Source: an uncultured Staphylococcaceae bacterium (lineage in GTDB: Bacteria > Bacillota_I > Bacilli_A > ML615J-28 > CAG-313). Taken from it: 64,000 bases of DNA. The notes below the pieces were generated by a model, which searched no databases, was not told where the DNA came from, and saw only the letters and a program-made list of their open reading frames with translations. Position 1 is the first letter of the stretch. Each line of letters starts with the position of its first letter. The translations under genes were made by a program, and so were the position numbers. This document shows positions 29,090-37,368 of the stretch, piece after piece. The DNA lies in NCBI GenBank assembly GCA_964507405.1, contig CAZDPJ010000002.1, forward strand, positions 13,233 through 77,232, read 5' to 3'.

Positions 29090-32086
29090 ATGAGAAAGAA
29101 GTTTTTATTAATTCTAATCTTTAGTTTTTGTTTACTTGCAATATGTAGTTGTAGTAACGAATGCAATGGTGAACATGACTATGATGATGGTGAAATAATT
29201 AGTAGTCCTACTTGTACTACTGATGGTAAAATGCTTTATACTTGTAAAAATTGCAAGAAAAAACTAACAAAAACCATTTCTTCTTTAGGCCATGAAAAAG
29301 AAGAAGAATGGACTAGTGATGATATGTATCATTATCATTTATGTAAGAATTGCCATGAATATAAATTTGATGAGGCTGCGCATGAATATGATGATTCTAA
29401 AACTTGTATATGTGGAAATAAAAAAGAACATAATCTTTATCAAAAACCAACAGCGATAAATACTATCTTTAGTTATACTGGTGAAGATATTGTTTTTACT
29501 CCAAGTGGCTTTGATGAAAATATAATGAGTATTACTGGTAATATTCAAAAAGAATGTGGAACATATTTTGTTATAATAAGTTTAAAAGATAAAGTAAATA
29601 GTATGTGGAGTGATTTAACAACCGATGATGTTATTATTAGTTATCAAATTACTCTTGATAAGGTTGTATTAAATATCCCTCAAAAAAGTAGTTTAACTTA
29701 TACTTATACGGGTCAAAGTATAACTTATTTACCTCAAGGATTTGATTCTTCGATTATGTCGATAACTGGTAATAACAAGATTAATGCGGGGGAATATGAA
29801 GTAATAGTTAAAATTAAAGATTCTAGTAAGTATGAATTTGAAAATGGTAGTAATGAAGTTAAATATCAATTTATAATTGAAAAAGTACAATTGCTTAAGC
29901 CTACAATTATTCAAACAAATAATTATTATACAGGTAATGATATAACAGTAAAATTAAATAATTTTGATGAATCTTTAATGAATATAACGGGAAATACAAA
30001 AAAAGAAGTTGGTAATTATGAAGTTGAAATATCTTTAAAAGATAACACTAACTATGAATGGGATGATGAAACTATTCAAAATATTACACTTTACTGGGAA
30101 ATTATTGAACAAGAACTTTTGTATAAGATAACATCAATTGATTCAAATAAAATAAAAATTAATTATAGTAGTAATGATGAAACCTCTGAAATGATAATCG
30201 AATTACCTATTAATTCAAGTTATGAATTAAATCAAGAAACAGGAGAAATCGCTTTTACTTATAGCCTAGAAAGTAGTGAAGCTATTGTTTATAATTTTAC
30301 AGGAAATTATTATGGTAGTATCACTTTTAATATTAATGAAGAAACTTCATTAGAAATTGAATTAGATAACTTTACGCTTACAAGTTATTTAAACTGTCCG
30401 TTATATATTGAAAGTGCGAATGAAGTTGATATTTCATCAAAGAAAAATACTGAAAATTTTATATATGATAATCGTGAAGAAGAAGAATCACTTAAAGGTG
30501 CCATTTACAGTACTTGTGATTTGAAAATTAAAGGAACCGGATTTTTAAGTGTTAATTCTAAAAATAATAATGGTATTCATTCTAAAGATGATCTAAAAAT
30601 TCAAAAAGTTACATTATATATAAATTCAGTTGATAACTGTTTAAAAGGAAATGATGAAGTAAAAATATCATCGGGAATATTAACATTAATTTCTAGAAAA
30701 GGTGATGGTATAAAAACATCTAATACTTCACTTTCAAAAAAGAATAATCAAAAAGGTGATGTAATAATTGATGATGGCACAATTAATATCTATTCCGCAT
30801 GTGATGCTATTGACGCTGCACACTCAATAATTATTAATGGTGGAAATATTAATATTAATACTGATAAATTTTCTGAATATTCTGAGGAAGTAACAAAGGT
30901 AAATAATAATTGTTATTATATTAGATCTACTTCTAATTATTATTCTTATTCAATTTATTATTATAATACTTTAGAAGATGGCGTTTGGGCTAATTCTAAT
31001 GGTATAACTAAAACCGTTAATGCGGGGAGAGAAAAATACTATTATTATGAAATTAATAGACCTGAAGGATATAGTTATTTAAAAGTATATATATATAATT
31101 CATCACAAACTCAAGGTCAAAGTAGTAATTACTATAAAGTATCATCACAACTTAGCATTAATAATAATTATGATACAATTGCATATGGTTCTAACAGACC
31201 TGGTGGAAGTAGCTCGTTTAGTTGGACAACATATGAAACTGTACCAAGTATGGGACCTGGTGGGGGCATGGGACCAGGGGGTATGCAAGAAGGAAATCCT
31301 AATAAAGGTGATTATTCAACTAAGGGATTAAAGTCAGATAATGAAATAACGATAAATGGTGGTGTTATTAATATAAAATCATATGATGATTGCATTCATA
31401 CTAATAATGATGTAACACTAGAAAGTGGTAATATTCCAACTGGTAATATTATAATAAATAATGGTATCTTAAATCTTTATTCTAATGATGATGGTATTCA
31501 TGGTGATGGCATAGTCACTATTAATAATGGAACCATTGATGTAGTAAATAGTTATGAAGGTATTGAAGGTATTAATGTTATTATAAATGGTGGTAATATT
31601 AGTGTGCTATCAAGTGATGATGGAGTTAATGCAACATCAACTAGCGGTATTGGTATTGAGATTAATGGTGGCATAATATATATATTTGCTGGAGGAGATG
31701 GAGTAGATTCTAATAGTCAAAGTTCATATGAAGGCATTTTATTTAGTGGTGGTAAATCGGTAATAATATCATATGGCAGAAGTGATTCTTCACTTGATAC
31801 TGAACGTGGATATAAGTATACTGGTGGATGCGTGATAGGAATAGGCATGTCAGGGGGAATGAGTAGTGAAGCCACTCATTGTAATAATTTTTCATCAATT
31901 GGTTTATCCAAAACAATTAGTTTATCAAAAGACAATTATCTATGTTTAAGTGATGTTGCAACCATTAAAATACCTTATACAATGAATGCACTTGTTGTTG
32001 TTCTTGGTAATAATGAAACTGACATTACTACTTCATCTTCATCAAGTCTGACATTTGATAAAAATGGAATTTCTTATTTAAATTAA
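29090..32086 (+). CDS. 998-aa mosaic surface lipoprotein: Cys/His-rich module, three Ig-like repeats, Cthe_2159/DUF4353-like beta-helix
   Basis: Lipobox LLAICSC. Three ~75-aa repeats (..IMSITGN..G.YEV..). Beta-helix rungs NNGIHSKDDLKI, GDGIKT, DDCIHTNNDV, DDGIHGDG, DDGVNA, GDGVDS. MGPGGGMGPGGM linker. Confidence 0.7.
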   Translation: MRKKFLLILIFSFCLLAICSCSNECNGEHDYDDGEIISSPTCTTDGKMLYTCKNCKKKLTKTISSLGHEKEEEWTSDDMYHYHLCKNCHEYKFDEAAHEYDDSKTCICGNKKEHNLYQKPTAINTIFSYTGEDIVFTPSGFDENIMSITGNIQKECGTYFVIISLKDKVNSMWSDLTTDDVIISYQITLDKVVLNIPQKSSLTYTYTGQSITYLPQGFDSSIMSITGNNKINAGEYEVIVKIKDSSKYEFENGSNEVKYQFIIEKVQLLKPTIIQTNNYYTGNDITVKLNNFDESLMNITGNTKKEVGNYEVEISLKDNTNYEWDDETIQNITLYWEIIEQELLYKITSIDSNKIKINYSSNDETSEMIIELPINSSYELNQETGEIAFTYSLESSEAIVYNFTGNYYGSITFNINEETSLEIELDNFTLTSYLNCPLYIESANEVDISSKKNTENFIYDNREEEESLKGAIYSTCDLKIKGTGFLSVNSKNNNGIHSKDDLKIQKVTLYINSVDNCLKGNDEVKISSGILTLISRKGDGIKTSNTSLSKKNNQKGDVIIDDGTINIYSACDAIDAAHSIIINGGNININTDKFSEYSEEVTKVNNNCYYIRSTSNYYSYSIYYYNTLEDGVWANSNGITKTVNAGREKYYYYEINRPEGYSYLKVYIYNSSQTQGQSSNYYKVSSQLSINNNYDTIAYGSNRPGGSSSFSWTTYETVPSMGPGGGMGPGGMQEGNPNKGDYSTKGLKSDNEITINGGVINIKSYDDCIHTNNDVTLESGNIPTGNIIINNGILNLYSNDDGIHGDGIVTINNGTIDVVNSYEGIEGINVIINGGNISVLSSDDGVNATSTSGIGIEINGGIIYIFAGGDGVDSNSQSSYEGILFSGGKSVIISYGRSDSSLDTERGYKYTGGCVIGIGMSGGMSSEATHCNNFSSIGLSKTISLSKDNYLCLSDVATIKIPYTMNALVVVLGNNETDITTSSSSSLTFDKNGISYLN

Positions 32087-32103
32087 ACCATAATTCTTTA
32101 AAA

Positions 32104-32134
32104 ACACTTAATAGTTCATCTATTAGGTGTTTTT
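32104..32134 (+). terminator. Rho-independent terminator, near-identical to the one at 9425-9457
   Basis: ACACTTAATAG-loop-CTATTAGGTGT followed by T5. Confidence 0.75.
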
Positions 32135-32182
32135 AATAATATTTAAAAATTAATTTAATATAATGTATATATAGTCTTTATG

Positions 32183-32211
32183 TTGACAAAAAAAGAAAAA
32201 GAGAGTAAAAT
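32183..32211 (+). promoter_or_regulatory. Sigma-A-type promoter for the galU operon
   Basis: TTGACA-17 nt-TAAAAT. Confidence 0.5.
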
Positions 32212-32246
32212 TATTATTAACCGGGTTAATTATAAGGAGGATTAAA

Positions 32247-33107
32247 ATGTCTAATAATATAAAAAAGGCCATTATTCCAGTTGCTGGTAAAGGTACTAGA
32301 TTTTTACCTGTTACTAAAAGTATTTGTAAAACAATGTTTCCCATTATTAATAAACCAACAATTCAGTATTTAATTGAAGAATGTAATTTTGTGGGGATTG
32401 AAGAAATATATATCGTCATTAATGAATGTCAAAAAGATATAATCGATTATTTTGATATCAATAGTAAATATTATGAGGATTTAGACAATATTCCTACGAC
32501 ACTTAAAAGTTTAAATGATATAATTCATAAAGTTAAGATTACCTTTGTAATCCAAGAACATCCAAGAGGATTAGGAGATGCAATCCTATGTTGTGAAAAA
32601 TATATAAATAACGAAGACTTTTGTGTGCTTTTAGGTGATGATATCGTTTTAAAATCTGGTAATACTTCTTATGGAATCGGTGACTTATTAAATCAATATC
32701 ATATATATCCTGCCTATTATATAGGGGTAAAACAAGTTGATTTTAAGGACTGTTATAAATATGGTATTGTAAAAGTAGAAGAAAACAGTTCAAATATGAA
32801 AGTAATTGATATGGTGGAAAAACCTAAAGATAATCCACCATCGAACTTTGCTGGAGTGGGAAGATATATTCTTAAAAACAATGTTTTTAAATATTTGAAA
32901 GAAATAAATATAGATTGTAATCATGAATTAATGTTAACAGATGCTTTTATTAAAGCATGTAAGATGGAAAGTGTTTTTGCTTATGAATTTAATGGTGAAA
33001 GATTTGATATAGGTGATCATGCTGGATATGTGATGGCAACAATTGCTTATGCTTTAAATGATGATGAAATTAAAAATAAAATCTATGAATATATAAAGGG
33101 GATTTAA
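32247..33107 (+). CDS. galU: UTP--glucose-1-phosphate uridylyltransferase
   Basis: KAIIPVAGKGTRFLPVTK...NKPTIQYLIEE and RGLGDAIL motifs. 286 aa. Confidence 0.85.
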   Translation: MSNNIKKAIIPVAGKGTRFLPVTKSICKTMFPIINKPTIQYLIEECNFVGIEEIYIVINECQKDIIDYFDINSKYYEDLDNIPTTLKSLNDIIHKVKITFVIQEHPRGLGDAILCCEKYINNEDFCVLLGDDIVLKSGNTSYGIGDLLNQYHIYPAYYIGVKQVDFKDCYKYGIVKVEENSSNMKVIDMVEKPKDNPPSNFAGVGRYILKNNVFKYLKEINIDCNHELMLTDAFIKACKMESVFAYEFNGERFDIGDHAGYVMATIAYALNDDEIKNKIYEYIKGI

Positions 33108-33108
33108 A

Positions 33109-33567
33109 ATGGTAGTATTAGATGAATTATTAAAAGGCTTTACAAAAATAAAAAAACTATTTTCTAAAAATTTAACTTCAACAATTACGCCAAGTGATTA
33201 CTTATTACTTTTAACAATTGAAGAAGAAGGAATTTATGATGAAGTTTATAAGAAAAAAACAATAAGCATAAGTAAACTTGCTGAAAAACTTGAAATGTCA
33301 AAGCCTGCTCTTACAAAAGAAACCAAAAGACTTGAAAGGTTAGAATATATTAAAAAAACAACATTACTTCATAATTTAAAACAACGATATGTAATGCTTA
33401 CTGATAAAGGGGCTGAAAAATTAATTACAGAACATGATAATATATATTTACTTCCTAATTTAGTTGTTGAAAAATTAGGTGAAGAAAATAGCAAAACTTT
33501 TGTTAATTTACTAAATCAAATTACTGATATAATTATTAAATCAAGCAAGAAAGGAAATAATTTATGA
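33109..33567 (+). CDS. MarR-family transcriptional regulator
   Basis: Winged-helix pattern ISISKLAEKLEMSKPALTKETKRLERLEYIKK. 152 aa. Stop overlaps the next start (ATGA). Confidence 0.7.
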   Translation: MVVLDELLKGFTKIKKLFSKNLTSTITPSDYLLLLTIEEEGIYDEVYKKKTISISKLAEKLEMSKPALTKETKRLERLEYIKKTTLLHNLKQRYVMLTDKGAEKLITEHDNIYLLPNLVVEKLGEENSKTFVNLLNQITDIIIKSSKKGNNL

Positions 33568-34703
33568 TAATAACAATAGTAGCAGATGTATTAGGTGAAG
33601 AAAATAATGGTACAACCATTACAACTAAACGTTTAATTAAGCATTTAAAAGATCGAGGTCATACAGTTAAAGTGGTATCACCTTTAAAAACAAATGAAGA
33701 AGGATTTTTTACATTACCAACTAGGTCATTTGGCCCTTTTAATGGTTATGTTGCTAAAAATGGAGTTGAACTTGCTAAACCTAAAAAAGATATATTGGAA
33801 GAAGCAATTAAAGGTTCTGATTTAGTCCATATTATGTTACCTTTTAAAACAGGAATTAAAGCATTAAAGATTGCTGAAGAAATGAATATTCCTGTAACTA
33901 GTGCTTGTCACTGTCAAGCTGAAAATGTAACAGCTCATGTTAAAATGCAAAATGTAAAGTGGGTTAATAATTTTATTTATCGTCGCTTTTATCGTAAGTT
34001 TTATAAAAATGTTCCTTATGTTCATTGTCCTAGTGAATTTATAGCTAGAACTGTTAAAGCAAATGGATACGATATGAATTTAAGAGTAATATCAAATGGA
34101 GTTGAACCAATATATCGTAAAAAGAATGTAGAAAGAAAAAAGGAATTAGAAAACAAAATATGTATTTTAACTATTGGTCGCCTTTCTCGAGAAAAAAGAC
34201 ATGACTTATTAATTAAAGCAATTCAACTTTCTAAATATAGAGATAATATTCAGTTATATATTGCTGGATGTGGACCACTTGAAAAGAAGACAAGAAAACT
34301 TGGAGAATCATTACCAAATAAACCAATTATAAATTTTTATTCACAAAAAGATTTAGTTGAATTAATAAATAATGCGGATTTGTATGTTCATCCTGCTGAT
34401 ATTGAAATTGAAGCTATTGCTTGTCTTGAGGCAATAACTTGTGGCGTAGTACCTATTATTTCGAATAGTTCTCGTTCAGCTACTAATGCGTTTGCCCTTG
34501 ATGAATATAATTTATTTGAGGCAGGAAATCCTTCAGATTTAGCGAAAAAAATAGATTATTTAATTGACCATCAAGAATTTAAGAATGCTTTATCTGAGGA
34601 ATATTTGGAATATAGTAAACAATTCCAAATTGAAAACTGTATAACTAAGATGGAAGAAATGTTTGAGGAAGCTGTAAGTAATTATGAAAAACAAAAATCC
34701 TAA
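33564..34703 (+). CDS. GT4-family glycosyltransferase, probable glycolipid (glycosyl-diacylglycerol) synthase
   Basis: GT-B layout. IGRLSREKRHD and EX7E motif (EIEAIACLE). Confidence 0.65.
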   Translation: MIITIVADVLGEENNGTTITTKRLIKHLKDRGHTVKVVSPLKTNEEGFFTLPTRSFGPFNGYVAKNGVELAKPKKDILEEAIKGSDLVHIMLPFKTGIKALKIAEEMNIPVTSACHCQAENVTAHVKMQNVKWVNNFIYRRFYRKFYKNVPYVHCPSEFIARTVKANGYDMNLRVISNGVEPIYRKKNVERKKELENKICILTIGRLSREKRHDLLIKAIQLSKYRDNIQLYIAGCGPLEKKTRKLGESLPNKPIINFYSQKDLVELINNADLYVHPADIEIEAIACLEAITCGVVPIISNSSRSATNAFALDEYNLFEAGNPSDLAKKIDYLIDHQEFKNALSEEYLEYSKQFQIENCITKMEEMFEEAVSNYEKQKS

Positions 34704-35481
34704 AGTTTTTTATTATGAAGATGAAACCAAAGATGATTTCTTTCATACAAAAACTAATCTCAATGTCACTATTGATGAAAATTATAAATATCTAATTACT
34801 AATCCCTTTAGAAAAATAATCAGCTTTTTGTTATATTATTTAATTGCTGCACCTATTTTATATATAGAGGGAAAAATATTTCAAGGCATTAAAATAAAGG
34901 GAAAGAAAAAATTAAAACATCTTAAAAAAACCGGATATATTATGTATGCTAATCACACAAGTGCAAGAGATGCCTTTTTAGGTCATGTTTTCTTGGCATT
35001 TCCTAAAAGAACATATATAATTGGCAATAAAGATGCGATGTCAATCTTTTTTGTCCGCCGACTTACTAAAGATTTAGGTACACTTCCCGTTCCAGATACT
35101 CCTCTTGCTTTAAAAAATTTAAATAACACAATATCTAAATTAATGCAAAAGAAGAAAGCTTTAATGATATATCCAGAAGCCCATATATGGCCATATTATA
35201 CTAGGGTTAGACCATTCCCTAATACAAGTTTTCGCTTTGCTGCTAGTAATAATGTTCCTTGTGTGCCAGTTGCTGTTACATACCAAAAACCAAAGGGAAT
35301 ATATAAACTAAGAAAAAGGCCACAAATGGTAGTTTATATTGGTAATCCTATTTATCCTAATAAAGATTTATCCATTAAAGAAAATGCAACCTTTTTACGA
35401 GATGAAACTTATAATTATATTAATGATATTACTAATAAATATTCAAATGTTGAATATTATAAATATGTTAAAAAGAGCTAA
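34684..35481 (+). CDS. LPLAT/PlsC-family acyltransferase
   Basis: HX4D motif (NHTSARD) and YPEAH block. N-terminal membrane segment. Overlaps the GT4 gene by 20 nt. Confidence 0.7.
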   Translation: MKNKNPKVFYYEDETKDDFFHTKTNLNVTIDENYKYLITNPFRKIISFLLYYLIAAPILYIEGKIFQGIKIKGKKKLKHLKKTGYIMYANHTSARDAFLGHVFLAFPKRTYIIGNKDAMSIFFVRRLTKDLGTLPVPDTPLALKNLNNTISKLMQKKKALMIYPEAHIWPYYTRVRPFPNTSFRFAASNNVPCVPVAVTYQKPKGIYKLRKRPQMVVYIGNPIYPNKDLSIKENATFLRDETYNYINDITNKYSNVEYYKYVKKS

Positions 35482-35565
35482 TGGTGAACATGTTCATAAT
35501 TAACTCTTTTTATTTATTCATATAAAAAGTAGTATTGAATTTTAAAATAAATTTTTTGTATTTAG

Positions 35566-35593
35566 TTGACATTTCAATAAAAAATGATATAAT
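35566..35593 (+). promoter_or_regulatory. Sigma-A-type promoter for the ABC exporter pair
   Basis: TTGACA-16 nt-TATAAT with a TG extension. Confidence 0.55.
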
Positions 35594-35631
35594 ATTATAT
35601 TGTAAAAAATATAGAATAAAGGGGTGATTAT

Positions 35632-37368
35632 GTGATTAAAACACTTGCGAAAAGTATAAGAGAATATAAATTGCCATCTATTTTAACACCAATCATTGTA
35701 TCATTTGAAGTTATTTTAGAATGTGCAATTCCATTTCTTGTTTCTAAGCTATTTGAAGAATTAAGTAATGAAGCAAGTTTAACAGTAATAGCAAGTTATG
35801 GTATTTTGATAATTTGTATGGCGATATTATCACTAACATGTGGTGCTTTAGCGGGTAGGTTTTGTGCAAATGCTTCATGTGGATTTGCTAAAAACTTAAG
35901 AAAAGATATGTTTAAAAAAATTCAAACATATTCATTTGAAAATATTGATAAATTTCAGACCGCATCACTTGTAACCAGACTTACAACTGATGTATCTAAT
36001 GTCCAAATGTCATATATGATGATTATTAGAACAGCAATTAGAAGTCCATTTATGTTGATTTTTTCATTTACAATGGGATTTGTTATGGGAGGTAAAACGG
36101 CTCTTATTTATTTAGTTGTTATTCCTATCCTTGTATTTGGTTTATTAATTGTTGCTAAAAAAGCAATGCCATTATTTAGAAAAGTATTTAAAAAATATGA
36201 TAATTTAAATAATTCGATTCAAGAAAACATAAAAGGAATGCGTGTTGTTAAATCATTTGTACGTGAAGATTTTGAAAAAGAAAAATTTGATGTTGCCGCA
36301 ACTGATGTTTGTAAAGACTTTACAAAAGCAGAAAAAATTCTTGCATGGAATCATCCAATTATGCAATTTTGTTCAAATTCAGTAATGCTATTTATTTTAA
36401 CAGCAGGTTCATATTTTATTATGTCAAGTAAAGCTACAATTGTTAACTATTATCAATTATCAGCATTACTTACTTATGGGCATCAAATATTAATGAGCTT
36501 AATGATGATTTCAATGGTTTATGTTATGTTAACAATGTCAATTGAATCAGCATCTCGTATATACGAAGTATTAAGAGAAGAAAGTAGTTTAACCAATCCT
36601 TTAAATCCAGTATATGAAGTTAAAGATGGTTCAATAGATTTTAATAATGTTAAATTTAAATATGGTACAAGTAAAAATATATTAGAAGATGTTAACATTC
36701 ATATTAAGTCGGGAGAAACTATTGGTATAATTGGGGGTACAGGAAGTGCTAAAACAACTTTAATTCAGTTGATTTCAAGATTATACGATGTAACTGAAGG
36801 TGAAGTTTTAGTTGGTGGTGTTAATGTTAAGGATTATGATTTAGATACTTTAAGAGATCAAGTATCAGTTGTATTGCAAAAAAATGTATTATTTAGTGGT
36901 ACTATTATTGAAAATTTAAGATGGGGTAAAAATGATGCTACTCTTGATGAAATGATTCATGTATGTAAGTTAGCTCAAGCTGATGAATTTATTCAAAGTT
37001 TTCCAAAAGGATATGAAACATACATTGAACAAGGTGGATCTAATGTATCTGGTGGTCAAAAACAAAGATTATGTATTGCAAGAGCATTACTAAAAAATCC
37101 TAAAATACTTATCCTTGATGACTCTACAAGTGCTGTAGATACTAAAACTGATGCGTTAATTAGAAAAGGTCTTGCTACATATATTCCTGATACAACTAAA
37201 ATTATTATCGCTCAACGTATAGCTAGTGTTGAAGATGCTGACTGTATTATTGTTATGAACAATGGTATAGTTGATGGAATTGGTACTCATGAAGAATTAA
37301 TGGCAAATAATAGTATTTATCGTGAAGTATATGATTCACAAAATAAGGTGGGTGATACAAATGAATAA
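35632..37368 (+). CDS. ABC exporter half-transporter (TMD-NBD), degenerate-site subunit
   Basis: GTG start after SD aaagggg. Walker A GGTGSAKTT (Gly to Ala), signature VSGGQKQR, Walker B ILILDDSTS (Glu to Asp), switch AQRIAS (His to Gln). Confidence 0.88.
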   Translation: MIKTLAKSIREYKLPSILTPIIVSFEVILECAIPFLVSKLFEELSNEASLTVIASYGILIICMAILSLTCGALAGRFCANASCGFAKNLRKDMFKKIQTYSFENIDKFQTASLVTRLTTDVSNVQMSYMMIIRTAIRSPFMLIFSFTMGFVMGGKTALIYLVVIPILVFGLLIVAKKAMPLFRKVFKKYDNLNNSIQENIKGMRVVKSFVREDFEKEKFDVAATDVCKDFTKAEKILAWNHPIMQFCSNSVMLFILTAGSYFIMSSKATIVNYYQLSALLTYGHQILMSLMMISMVYVMLTMSIESASRIYEVLREESSLTNPLNPVYEVKDGSIDFNNVKFKYGTSKNILEDVNIHIKSGETIGIIGGTGSAKTTLIQLISRLYDVTEGEVLVGGVNVKDYDLDTLRDQVSVVLQKNVLFSGTIIENLRWGKNDATLDEMIHVCKLAQADEFIQSFPKGYETYIEQGGSNVSGGQKQRLCIARALLKNPKILILDDSTSAVDTKTDALIRKGLATYIPDTTKIIIAQRIASVEDADCIIVMNNGIVDGIGTHEELMANNSIYREVYDSQNKVGDTNE

